A stretch of 64,000 bases of DNA, taken from the NCBI GenBank assembly GCA_038250515.1, contig JBBSCG010000001.1:25155-89154 (forward strand), in the 5' to 3' direction. This document shows positions 1-8,847 of this stretch, piece by piece. A model generated the notes under the pieces. The model did not search any database. It worked only from the letters and a program-made list of their open reading frames with translations, and was not told the DNA's origin. Position 1 is the first letter of the stretch. Each line of letters opens with the position of its first letter. The position numbers and the translations under genes were made by a program. The stretch is from Candidatus Limnocylindria bacterium. Its GTDB lineage: Bacteria > Chloroflexota > Limnocylindria > QHBO01.

Positions 1-333
1 CTGGTCTTCCCGCTCGGCTCCGCGCTGGTGATGCCGGACTGGTACATCAACGCGGCGCGGGCTCTGCCGCCGTGGAACTACAACTTCCAGTTCCCGCAAC
101 CGCCACAGGGCCATCGTGAGGCGCTGCTCGAGGTGAGCGCCATGAAGCTGATCGCCGGCGTCGCGCTGGCCGCCGCCGCGGGCCTCTTCGCGATCTTCGG
201 TCGGGATCGCCTTGGCCCGTGGCTATCCGGCGTCGTGGCGATGCATCGAGGCGATCAACAGGGCGGCTCCGGCGAGGACGAGGAGGACGGGCCAGAGCCT
301 GCCCCAGGCGATGACCGGCAGATAGTTCCGTAG
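1..333 (+). CDS. C-terminal part of an unidentified, probably membrane, protein that continues from upstream of the window
   Basis: Frame 1 is open from nt 1 and reads LVFPLGSALVMPDWYINAARALPPW...MKLIAGVALAAAAGLFAIFG (a TM-like segment). It overlaps the convergent PspC gene by about 110 nt, so the exact 3' end is uncertain. Confidence 0.3.
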   Translation: MVFPLGSALVMPDWYINAARALPPWNYNFQFPQPPQGHREALLEVSAMKLIAGVALAAAAGLFAIFGRDRLGPWLSGVVAMHRGDQQGGSGEDEEDGPEPAPGDDRQIVP

Positions 334-669
334 CAGGAAGTAGACGCCGAGCCCGATCAGCACAAGCCCGAAGATGAGCCGCATGTTGCCATCGCCGTGG
401 TCGGTACTCATGAACGGCCGTTGCTCGTCGGTGACATCGGGCTCACCGGAGGAAACGCCCTGGGCTGGCGCCCACGTACCGCGGGGTGCCTCGGCAACGA
501 CGATCCACATCACCACGTAGACCAGCAGGAAGAGCCCGCCGGTGACGAAGATCAGGATCGCCCAGACGATGCGCACCAGCGCGGGATCGATGTTCAGGTA
601 GTCCGCCACTCCACCGGCGACCCCGGCGATGACGTGCTCCGTTCGCGACCGATACAGACGTCCGCTCAT
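223..669 (-). CDS. PspC-domain membrane protein
   Basis: The N-terminus SGRLYRSRTEHVIAGVAGGVADYLNIDPALVRIVWAILIF is a typical PspC domain and is followed by TM helices. A GGAGG RBS lies 6 nt upstream of the internal ATG (M6), so the start is set at 669. Confidence 0.7.
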   Translation of the reverse strand: MSGRLYRSRTEHVIAGVAGGVADYLNIDPALVRIVWAILIFVTGGLFLLVYVVMWIVVAEAPRGTWAPAQGVSSGEPDVTDEQRPFMSTDHGDGNMRLIFGLVLIGLGVYFLLRNYLPVIAWGRLWPVLLVLAGAALLIASMHRHDAG

Positions 670-943
670 TGGCAGCCTCCCCATGGGTTCAGCGTGAAGC
701 TCGCCGCATTGCCGTCCATCGACAGCGTCGTTCGCTGCGTGGCGGCGGCGTAGCTCGATGACCGCCAGGTCGTGTCATTGATCGACCCCAGACCACTCTC
801 AGATTGTGGGTGAAAGCGACGCTGTTAGCCGCCAACGCTGCCGAGCAGCAAGGGACCTGCGGCGACCGGGCAGTGTATCTTCCCACTTAGCGCGGCGCGG
901 CCGGTGGGAGCGTGTGCGACATCTACCACCACAGGGGGACTTC

Positions 944-3241
944 ATGCGGCACCCGCGGCTCGTCCTGGCGATCTTCGTCCTGTCCGGCGCTGCCGGATTG
1001 ATGTACGAGGTGGTCTGGTCACGCCAGCTCGTGCTCGTCTTCGGCAATACGACCCAGGCCGTCTCCACGATCCTCACCGGCTTCTTCGGCGGAATGGCGG
1101 TCGGGAGCTTCGTCGGCGGCCGGGTCGCTGATCGCGTCCACTCCCCGCTACGGCTCTACGGCGTCATCGAGGTGGCGCTCGTGGGCGTCGTCCTCGCGAC
1201 GCCGGTCACCTTCCAGCTCCTCCACGAGGTCTACCGGGGCGCCTACCCCTCGCTGGAACGGAGTCCCGGACTGGTCGCTCTTCTCCGCTTCGGGCTGGCG
1301 ATTCTCGCCCTCTCGCCGGCAACGATCCTCATGGGCGCGACCCTTCCCGCGCTGACGCGGTCCTTGAGCGGTGGCGCTCACCTGTCGCGCGCGTTCGGCC
1401 GCCTCTACGCCGCCAACACCGGCGGCGCCATCATCGGAGCGCTCGCGGCCGGCGTCGTTCTGATCGAGGTGTTGGGTCTGACCGGTACGCTCGTGATCGC
1501 CGCCGCGTGTTCCGGAAGCGCTGGCCTGGTCGCCCTCTGGCTCGCCCGGGAGCGCTTTCGGGGAGCGACCCCCGTGGCGGAGGCATCGGAGTTTCGGGCG
1601 ATCGGCGGCTCCGCGCCGCGCCCGACGCTGGCGCTCGGACTCGCATTCGTTTCCGGGCTGACCTCCCTCGGCTATCAGGTTCTCTGGACCCGCCTCCTGT
1701 CGTCGGGGACCGGTAACTCGACGTACGTCTTCACGCTCATCCTGGCGACCTTCCTGCTCGGCATCGCGCTCGGGGCGGTGGTCTTCTCGGCCATACGGCG
1801 TCGGGTGGGGCGGTCGATCGGCCTCATCGCCATCGCCCAGATTCTCGCCGGAGCGCTTGCCATGCTCGGCCTCACGCTGGTCATCAACAGGCCCGAGACG
1901 CTTGCGCCCGCCGAAGCACTGAGATCGGTCGAGGAGAGCATCTGGCCCATCCTCGTCGTGGTGCTGCCCGCAACCATTGTCATGGGGTTCACGTTTCCGG
2001 CCTCGTCGGCCCTGCTCGGAGACGATCCGAAGCGGCGGGCCGCCAGCGCGGGCAGCCTCCTCGCCGCAAACACGCTCGGAGCGATTGTCGCCACCTTCGC
2101 CATCCCGTTCGTGGTCATTCCCCGCATCGGCTCACCCCACGCAGTCGCGCTGCTTGCGCTCACCAACGTCGCCGTGGGACTGCTCCTCATCGCCCTCGCA
2201 AGTGCCATCCCGCCGCTGCGCCGGGTTCTGGGCAGCGTCGTTGTCCTCGCGGTCGCGCTGGCAATCGTTGTCCTGATCGCGGTGCCAGGTGCTCTGATGG
2301 ACCCGAGCGAAGTTCGGATTCGAGCCCTGGGTGCGAAGGTCTTCGCCTCGGCCGAGGACGAGATCGCCTCGGTCCAGGCTGGTCGGCTTGGCCCGCGCAG
2401 CCGGCTCTGGGTGGCAGGCACGTCGATGACGGCGCTCACCGTTGACGCGAAGCTGATGACGGTCCTGCCGCTCATGCTGCGACCACAGTCGAAGAGCGCG
2501 CTCGTGGTGGCATTCGGCATGGGCTCCGCCTTCCGCACGGCCCTCATCGCCGGCCTGAGGGCGGATGCCGTGGAGCTCGTACCGTCCGTCCCGAAGATGT
2601 TCGGGTACTTCTACCCCGACGCGAGGAGGGTCCGGGCGGATCCGAACGGCCGGATCATCATTGCCGACGGTCGCAACTACATGGACCTCACGACCGAGCG
2701 CTACGACATCATCGTGACCGATCCCCCGCCGCCTATCCAGAGTTCTGGCGTCTCGGTCATCTCCTCGCTCGAGTACTACCGGGCCGGCCACGCGCGTCTC
2801 AATCCCGGAGGCGTCATGATGCAATGGACCCCGTTCGGGGCGACCGTCGACGAGCTCCGCGCCCACCTCCGAACCTTCCGTGCGGTCTTTCCCCACGTCA
2901 CGATCGTCTTCGGGCCGGGCCGGTACGGCATCTACATGCTCGGATCGGACGCCCCTATGGTCTTCAGCGGCGAGGCGATCCGCGTCGTCCTTGCCCATCC
3001 CGGCGTGCTGAAGGAGATCTCGTCGGCCTATGACTCGCCGCAGCGGACGGTCGACGGCTGGGCCGCCCTGATCCCGTCACTCGTCTGGATCGCGGACGAC
3101 CAGGTGAATCGGTTCACCGGGGACGGCCCGATGATCAGCGACGACCACCCCCTCCCGGAGTATTTCGTCCTTCGCCAAATCTTCGGAAAAAGATCGGCGC
3201 TCGCCACGCGGGCAGAGCTCCTGCGCCTCGCCGGCCCGTAA
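944..3241 (+). CDS. Fused spermidine-synthase-like protein: N-terminal polytopic membrane domain plus C-terminal aminopropyltransferase/methyltransferase fold
   Basis: The N-terminus MYEVVWSRQLVLVFGNTTQAVSTILTGFFGGMAVGSF is followed by about 12 hydrophobic helices. The C-terminal region (GMGSAFRTAL...IIIADGRNYM...YDIIVTDPPPP...NPGGVMMQW) matches the spermidine synthase fold. The start is taken at ATG 944 (M47 of the ORF). Confidence 0.7.
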   Translation: MRHPRLVLAIFVLSGAAGLMYEVVWSRQLVLVFGNTTQAVSTILTGFFGGMAVGSFVGGRVADRVHSPLRLYGVIEVALVGVVLATPVTFQLLHEVYRGAYPSLERSPGLVALLRFGLAILALSPATILMGATLPALTRSLSGGAHLSRAFGRLYAANTGGAIIGALAAGVVLIEVLGLTGTLVIAAACSGSAGLVALWLARERFRGATPVAEASEFRAIGGSAPRPTLALGLAFVSGLTSLGYQVLWTRLLSSGTGNSTYVFTLILATFLLGIALGAVVFSAIRRRVGRSIGLIAIAQILAGALAMLGLTLVINRPETLAPAEALRSVEESIWPILVVVLPATIVMGFTFPASSALLGDDPKRRAASAGSLLAANTLGAIVATFAIPFVVIPRIGSPHAVALLALTNVAVGLLLIALASAIPPLRRVLGSVVVLAVALAIVVLIAVPGALMDPSEVRIRALGAKVFASAEDEIASVQAGRLGPRSRLWVAGTSMTALTVDAKLMTVLPLMLRPQSKSALVVAFGMGSAFRTALIAGLRADAVELVPSVPKMFGYFYPDARRVRADPNGRIIIADGRNYMDLTTERYDIIVTDPPPPIQSSGVSVISSLEYYRAGHARLNPGGVMMQWTPFGATVDELRAHLRTFRAVFPHVTIVFGPGRYGIYMLGSDAPMVFSGEAIRVVLAHPGVLKEISSAYDSPQRTVDGWAALIPSLVWIADDQVNRFTGDGPMISDDHPLPEYFVLRQIFGKRSALATRAELLRLAGP

Positions 3242-3700
3242 CCTTTTGGACCGTCCAGGCCCTCGATGTCGAGTACTTCTCGAACGCCTGCCTCGCACTT
3301 CTTGGCGAGCAATTCGTAAATCGGAGCATTGTCGCGATACCAGCAGACAAGTTCCTTTTTGCTTCGGGTGCCAACTCGACGATGTGCAGGAACTCATAGA
3401 CCATCCTGACTCATGCATGCGAGAGGTCGTAGCTCCAGGCCGCGGGTTACTCGTTCCAGACTGCGGACCAGCTGTTCGAATTGGGCGATCGCATCCACGA
3501 CCTCAAGCTATCGGGTCGCACCCCCTAGATAGACTTCGAACTCAAACCGTACCTCGTCCAGCTCTTTGTTTCGGACACAGCCGACGTCATTCAGCTGGGG
3601 ATCAAAGAAGCCTTCGCGAAAGTCATGCGGCGCAGAAAGTGATTTACCGCCGGGCCGTTCGGTCTCGGCGCAGGGCGCTATCGTCGACCATCCTCAATGT
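3241..3700 (-). pseudogene. Decayed ORF remnant on the minus strand inside a lower-GC island; family not recognised
   Basis: A single minus-strand frame reads ...HDFREGFFDPQLNDVGCVRNKELDEVRFEFEVYLGGATR(TAG)LEVVDAIAQFEQLVRSLERVTRGLELRPLACMSQDGL(TGA)VPAHRRVGTRSKKELVCWYRDNAPIYELLAKKCEAGVREVLDIEGLDG. There is no start codon and two in-frame stops. Local GC is about 47-58%, against about 68% in the flanks. Confidence 0.3.
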
Positions 3701-4580
3701 GGCATCGCTCGCATTCCCGAACCCTCTGCGGAGCGTCATGCGCGTCGGGAACGGACGTCACTGGGCTTCGCGCCTTGCAGTTGTCGCTGATCCGCGCGTT
3801 GTACATGGCAGAACGCGACGTCGCGATCGACCTCGCGCTTGGCTTTGGCCTACTGATGAACCACCGACGATGGGTGACCCAGTCTTCGTGAATTACCTGG
3901 TGAAGCGGTCGGAGGTCCGAGACAGCATCGATTCTGAGATCCGACGCATTGCGGGAGTGCCGGCGACGTCGCCGCCCACGTGGGTCGATGATGCCTCGGC
4001 CCTTGAGCTTGCGATCGCCGCGCACGGCGCCCGACTCAGACCCGCCCAGTCACGCCGCAGGATCGGATGCACGCAAGCGGCGGCGGCGATGATCTCGACG
4101 CTTCTGATTCCGTCGTGGATCTTGCTCAAGGCACACCGACGAGACGGATGAACGTTGGACGCCCACGGGCGTTGTGGAACCGGCGGGCCGGACCGGCAAC
4201 TTCCCCCGTTCTATCTACTACCCCGAGCTCGTGTTGACATCGGCCGGCATGCGGTCGTAGACTCCCGCGGCGGCCGGTTTGCGCTTCGACGCAAGGACCT
4301 GTTGCCCGGCGAACCCGACTCTAACGAGGAACCAACGAAACGGCCATGAATCTCCTCATCTGCGCGTTCCCGCGCTGCAGTACGGCGCCTATCAACGCCG
4401 TCGCTGACGGGAGATCTGTGCCCACTTCGAGCTGACGCAGCGGCGGCAGGGCCGCCAAGCAGACGCCACGAGCCGTGGGCCGGATCAGGTCCACGGTTTC
4501 TTGTTGCCACCAGCGCAAGGAGCCGCGGACCGCGGAGGTCCAGCGGCTCGTTTTGTTTCTCTACCAATCCAACCCGCGAG

Positions 4581-5486
4581 GTGCCAGCCATGGCCTGCCT
4601 ACTTGAACAATTGAAGACCGATGAGCAGACGGCACCCGCCGTCTTGCCCAGGCCTCAGGCGGACGCCGATGCCGTGCCGGCGCTGCTGATCGAGCACGTG
4701 ACCAAGCGCTTCACTGTCGGCCGCAAGCGCAAGCAGGTGACGGCGGTACATGACGTGTCGCTGCGCATCCAGCGTGGCGAGATCTACGGCGTGCTCGGTG
4801 CGAATGGCAGCGGCAAGTCGACGCTGATCCGGTTGGTGAGCACGCTGCTCACGCTTGACGGGGGGCGTGTCGAGGTGTTCGGCCACGACATCGAGCGCGA
4901 CGAGATGGCGGTCAAGCAGCTCATCAACCGGGTGAGTGTGGACGCGGCCTTCTTCAAAAAGCTCTCGCCGCACGAGAACCTGACGTACGCAGCGCGGCTG
5001 TACGGGATGGATGCCCGACTGGCAAAGGCGGAGGCGATCCGCATCCTGGCGCGGCTGGGCATCGGCGAGAAGCGGCTGAACCGTCCACTCGAGCAGATGA
5101 GCCGGGGGATGCAGCAGAAAGTCGCGATCGCGCGAGCGCTGCTGACGAGTCCAACGCTGCTGCTTCTGGACGAGCCGACGACCGGCCTCGATCCGCGCTC
5201 GAAGCTGGACGTGCAGTCGTTCATCGAGGAGCTGCGGGACAGCCACGACGCCACGATGGTGCTGACCACGCACGACCTCGACGAAGCGGATCGGCTGTGC
5301 GACCGGATCGCGCTGATCAACGACGGTCGCCTGGTTGCAGACGACACGCCGGCTGGGCTCAAGGCGATGGTCGCCGAGCGCTTCGGCCTGCCACCGACGC
5401 TGGAAAGCGTGTTCATGAGGTTCACCGGGCGCTCGCTCGACGACGACCTCGGTGAAAACGACAACAACGAAGACGACACCGAATGA
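4581..5486 (+). CDS. ABC transporter ATP-binding protein (ABC-2/DrrA-like)
   Basis: Walker A GANGSGKST, Q-loop, signature-like MSRGMQQK, Walker B LLLLDEPTTGLD and H-loop TTHD are all present. Confidence 0.85.
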   Translation: MPAMACLLEQLKTDEQTAPAVLPRPQADADAVPALLIEHVTKRFTVGRKRKQVTAVHDVSLRIQRGEIYGVLGANGSGKSTLIRLVSTLLTLDGGRVEVFGHDIERDEMAVKQLINRVSVDAAFFKKLSPHENLTYAARLYGMDARLAKAEAIRILARLGIGEKRLNRPLEQMSRGMQQKVAIARALLTSPTLLLLDEPTTGLDPRSKLDVQSFIEELRDSHDATMVLTTHDLDEADRLCDRIALINDGRLVADDTPAGLKAMVAERFGLPPTLESVFMRFTGRSLDDDLGENDNNEDDTE

Positions 5487-5503
5487 GAAAGGAGGTGAGA
5501 ACC

Positions 5504-5698
5504 ATGATGATCCTGCCGAGCCCGCAGGACCTGGTGCGTGCGAACGAGGAGCGCGTGGTGCAGCTGCACCACGAGATCCACGCGCCGCACAGCCAGGACA
5601 CGCGTCGCCAGGTGCGACGTTGGGTCGGGCGCCAGATGGTGCGCTGGGGCGCACGCCTGGCGGCGGACCCGTCTCTCGAGCCGGCTCGGTCCCTCTAG
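5504..5698 (+). CDS. Small hydrophilic hypothetical protein (64 aa) between the ABC ATPase and permease genes
   Basis: A perfect SD (AAGGAGGTG, 5489-5497) lies 6 nt before tandem ATG ATG. The ORF is MMILPSPQDLVRANEERVVQLHHEIHAPHSQDTRRQVRRWVGRQMVRWGARLAADPSLEPARSL. It starts about 15 nt after the ATPase stop and ends 48 nt before the permease start. Confidence 0.45.
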   Translation: MMILPSPQDLVRANEERVVQLHHEIHAPHSQDTRRQVRRWVGRQMVRWGARLAADPSLEPARSL

Positions 5699-5746
5699 CC
5701 AGGGGCCGGGGTCGGCGTCGCATGACACTGACAGGAGCTATTCGAC

Positions 5747-6547
5747 ATGACACTGATGGCCCGCGAGCTGAAGGCGAGCTACGCCTTCGTCGAGCGGAAC
5801 TTCAACCTGACCAGGCGCTACTGGGGCTGGGAGGTCGCCTTCCTGGTCTATGCCGTGGCTGGCGCGCTCGCCGTGTCGCTCATCGGTCGAGATCAGGCGA
5901 ACGATCGTCTGCTGCTGACCCTGGTGATCGGTGCCGTCTTCTGGAACTACCTGTCGGTCGTCTTCAGCTTCATCGCCGAGACGGTTGCCTGGGAACGTTG
6001 GGAGGGGACGCTCGAGTACACCTTCATGGCACCTGTGCGCCGATACACGCAGATGGTCGGCTCGACGCTGTACGCGATTGCCTACGGGCTCGTCCACACG
6101 GTGGTCGTGCTGGCCGTGCTGGCTCTCTTCTTCGAACTCGATCTGTCACGCGCCAACTTCGCCACGGCCGCGGTCTTCATGGTCCTCGGCTCGGCGAGCT
6201 TCGTCGGGATCGGGATCATGACCGCCATCCTGCCGCTGATGTACGTGGAGCGCGGAGCACAGATGACGTTTGTGCTCCAATCGGTGCTGCTGCTGGTCAG
6301 CGGCGTCTACTACAGCGTTGACGTGCTTCCCGGCTGGATGCAGGTCATCTCCCACTTCTCGCCGGCGACCTACGTCCTCGACGGGGTTCGCGCCGGCCTG
6401 ATCGACGGTGCCGGCACCGGCGCATTGCTCGGCGATGTCTGGCCCCTGCTGCTGATGGGCGTGATCTTCATACCCCTCGGCCTGTGGGCCTTCTCGAAGG
6501 CCGAGCGTTACGCCAAGCGCACCGGCAAGCTGAAGCGTGTTGGATGA
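5747..6547 (+). CDS. ABC-2 family transporter permease
   Basis: About 6 TM helices, with the ABC-2 signature region RYWGWEVAFLVYAVAGALAV. It lies immediately downstream of the ATPase. RBS CAGGAG precedes the ATG. Confidence 0.75.
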   Translation: MTLMARELKASYAFVERNFNLTRRYWGWEVAFLVYAVAGALAVSLIGRDQANDRLLLTLVIGAVFWNYLSVVFSFIAETVAWERWEGTLEYTFMAPVRRYTQMVGSTLYAIAYGLVHTVVVLAVLALFFELDLSRANFATAAVFMVLGSASFVGIGIMTAILPLMYVERGAQMTFVLQSVLLLVSGVYYSVDVLPGWMQVISHFSPATYVLDGVRAGLIDGAGTGALLGDVWPLLLMGVIFIPLGLWAFSKAERYAKRTGKLKRVG

Positions 6548-6624
6548 TCCACGAGACGGATAGCCGGGGTGGCTCTCGGGCGCGCGATCACTCCGAATCT
6601 GACCACGAAAGGTTTGACTGATCG

Positions 6625-7647
6625 ATGACTCAGGACATGATGGCCAATGCGAAGGCCGCGCCTCTCGGTCTGCATCTCTCGCACCCTGATGCCAAGCCAG
6701 CCGTCACCGCGGGGCTCATGGCGCCCATCGCCAATGCCTGCAATGTGGCTGACGGGATTGATGAGCTGACCACCGCCGAGGAGCTGGCCAACTGGCTCGC
6801 CAAGGCCGGCGGTCCGCATTTCGATCCGGTGGGGGATGTGCAGCTCGCCCGCGTCGGCCACGAGCTGGTCGGCTATGCGTGGACGGATTGGGTCGACACG
6901 ACCGATGGACTGCGCGAGTATCGGCTGGGCGGCCACGTCCATCCTGAGTTCCAGCGCCGGGGGATTGGGACCCGGCTGCTGCGGTGGGGCGAGGAGCACT
7001 CCCGCCAGCATCTCGCATCGCATCCCTCGGAGTTGCCGGCTGTCTTCGGCAGCTGGGCGTCGGAGCGACGCATCGCCAAGCTCGTCATGCTCGAGAAGGA
7101 GGGCTACGCGCCGGCGCGCTGGTTCTTCGAGATGCTCCGCCCGAACCTCGACGACATCGATCTGCCGCCGATGCCGGTCGGTCTCGAGGTGCGCCCACTC
7201 GGTGGTGACCCGGTCGTGTGGCGTCAGCTGCTCACGGCCGATGCCGAGGCATTTCAGGACCACTGGGGAGGCTTCGTCGCTGATGATGCCGAGTTCGCCG
7301 AGTGGACCCACAGCCCAAGCTTCGAGCCGTCCCTATTCGTGGTCGCCTGGGACGGCGACGAGATCGCGGGTGCCGTGGAGAATTCCATCCCGAAGGCGGA
7401 GAACGTCCAGTTCGCCCGCGCGCGAGGTTGGCTCGACAGCGTCTTCGTTCGTCGCTCGTGGCGACGTCGCGGTCTCGGCGCTGCGCTGGTGGCGCGGGCG
7501 CTCGGGGTGCTGCGCGATGCGGGCATGACGGAAGCGATGCTGGGAGTCGACAGCGACAACCCGACCGGAGCATTGGGTCTCTACGAGCGAGCGGGCTTCA
7601 CGGTCCACGCGCGCTCCAAGGCGTTCCGCAAGTCAATGAGCTCATGA
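6625..7647 (+). CDS. mshD: Tandem-GNAT acetyltransferase, mycothiol synthase (MshD)-like
   Basis: Two GNAT cores are present. VHPEFQRRGIGTRLL aligns with MshD VHPQSRRRGIGTAMA. VFVRRSWRRRGLGAAL and LGVDSDNPTGALGLYERAGFTV align with the MshD C-terminal domain (LYVESDN...YQSLGFT). Confidence 0.55.
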   Translation: MTQDMMANAKAAPLGLHLSHPDAKPAVTAGLMAPIANACNVADGIDELTTAEELANWLAKAGGPHFDPVGDVQLARVGHELVGYAWTDWVDTTDGLREYRLGGHVHPEFQRRGIGTRLLRWGEEHSRQHLASHPSELPAVFGSWASERRIAKLVMLEKEGYAPARWFFEMLRPNLDDIDLPPMPVGLEVRPLGGDPVVWRQLLTADAEAFQDHWGGFVADDAEFAEWTHSPSFEPSLFVVAWDGDEIAGAVENSIPKAENVQFARARGWLDSVFVRRSWRRRGLGAALVARALGVLRDAGMTEAMLGVDSDNPTGALGLYERAGFTVHARSKAFRKSMSS

Positions 7648-8841
7648 GGGCGGCGGCAGCCGGACGTAGTGGATCTCACTGTGCACGCCGGTGAAGTCGG
7701 TTGCCGCCACCCAGGCAAATAGGTTCCCGGCGAGGCTGGGCCGCATGAAACCGGCCTGTCCCGTTGGGTCGGCCTGTTCGACCGTCACTTCCTCGTTGGT
7801 TTCCAGATCGTAGACGGCGAGCCGGGACCAGTTCGACGGCTCAGCGGTCAGGAACCGGGGCCCGATATTCGGAGCGGCAAGGAAGTACCCAGTCTGCTCG
7901 TGCATGAAGTCGAGGCGGTGCACCTCGCCGGTCGATAGCGAGTAGCGCTCCAGTTGTCCCCAGTTGTTGGCGTTGTACGCCTTCGGCGCAGCCTTCCATA
8001 TCACCGTGTCATGTCCGATCGCTGGCTGGGACGCCTCGCCATCCCCGTCAAGCTGTCGAGGCGAGGCGTCTGGATCGCCGATATCCAGGAGATACACATG
8101 TCGCTCGCCGTCAACCGAGTCGCTCGCGTACTCGACCGTTCCGTACACGAGTCGATCGCCGTCGAGCGACGGATACCAGTACTCAATCCTGTCGAAGTCG
8201 GATTTTGCGATCACTGTCTCTTTCAGTGTGTGCAGGTCGACGGCGACCAGCTGGCTCGTCGCGGACGCGCCGTCGATCGTCTGGAGCGCATAGACCAGGT
8301 AGTCTTCGCTGATCGCCGGCTGCGGGAGGAGGCCAGGTGAATCAATCGGCCGTCGAGCCGATGCGAGCTTCACGGGCAGCGCACCGGGCTTCTCGAGGTA
8401 GAGGAAGTTCCAGCTGATGAAGCCGTCGCCATCTGGACCGCTCTCTGAGAATGCGAGCCGGTCGCCGTGCATTGCTGGCAGTTGCACACCCCGGTCGCGT
8501 TTCGGGTTCTTGAAGACGAGCTGGATGCCCGCTGCGCCAGGTTTCCAGCGGTAGATGTCGGGGCTCGAAACGCCCGTTGGGTCGCCGGTTGCCCAGCCGA
8601 TCCACGTCCCGTCGGTGATCACCGCACCGACAGCACTTTCCGTCGGCACACGCCCGATCGTAGGCTTGACGGTTGATGGCGTCCCCGCCGGTGATGACGT
8701 CGTTGACCGGATCGGCAGCTCGCTACCACGCGATTCGAGAGGGTTACGAGGCACGCTGGTGGGCTGCGAGGTAGCCACGCAGCTCGAAAGCAGGAGCAGC
8801 GCCGCGGCGCCCAATGCGCCGCGGCTGATCATGCGGCTCAC
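7642..8841 (-). CDS. Lipoprotein with beta-propeller (TolB/WD40-like) repeats
   Basis: Signal peptide plus lipobox MSRMISRGALGAAALLLLSSC. The repeat-rich body has recurring D/G-rich blades (LDGDRLVYGT, LDGDGEASQPAIGHDTVIW). Confidence 0.5.
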   Translation of the reverse strand: MSRMISRGALGAAALLLLSSCVATSQPTSVPRNPLESRGSELPIRSTTSSPAGTPSTVKPTIGRVPTESAVGAVITDGTWIGWATGDPTGVSSPDIYRWKPGAAGIQLVFKNPKRDRGVQLPAMHGDRLAFSESGPDGDGFISWNFLYLEKPGALPVKLASARRPIDSPGLLPQPAISEDYLVYALQTIDGASATSQLVAVDLHTLKETVIAKSDFDRIEYWYPSLDGDRLVYGTVEYASDSVDGERHVYLLDIGDPDASPRQLDGDGEASQPAIGHDTVIWKAAPKAYNANNWGQLERYSLSTGEVHRLDFMHEQTGYFLAAPNIGPRFLTAEPSNWSRLAVYDLETNEEVTVEQADPTGQAGFMRPSLAGNLFAWVAATDFTGVHSEIHYVRLPPPS

Positions 8842-8847
8842 CTGTCG

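Noticed and set aside
3246-4151. 301-aa plus-strand ORF spanning the low-GC island
   Set aside because: Most of it is not protein-like and it starts inside the preceding gene's stop region. Only the last ~93 aa (3870-4151) look coding. The region is treated as decayed rather than as one gene.
4346-4435. 29-aa Cys-containing ORF (MNLLICAFPRCSTAPINAVADGRSVPTSS) upstream of the ABC transporter, a possible leader or RiPP-like peptide
   Set aside because: There is no convincing RBS, no conserved leader motifs and no modification enzymes nearby. It is too weak to call.
4599-5753. 384-aa and 314-aa minus-strand ORFs
   Set aside because: They are antisense to the ABC ATPase gene, which has intact Walker motifs on the plus strand.
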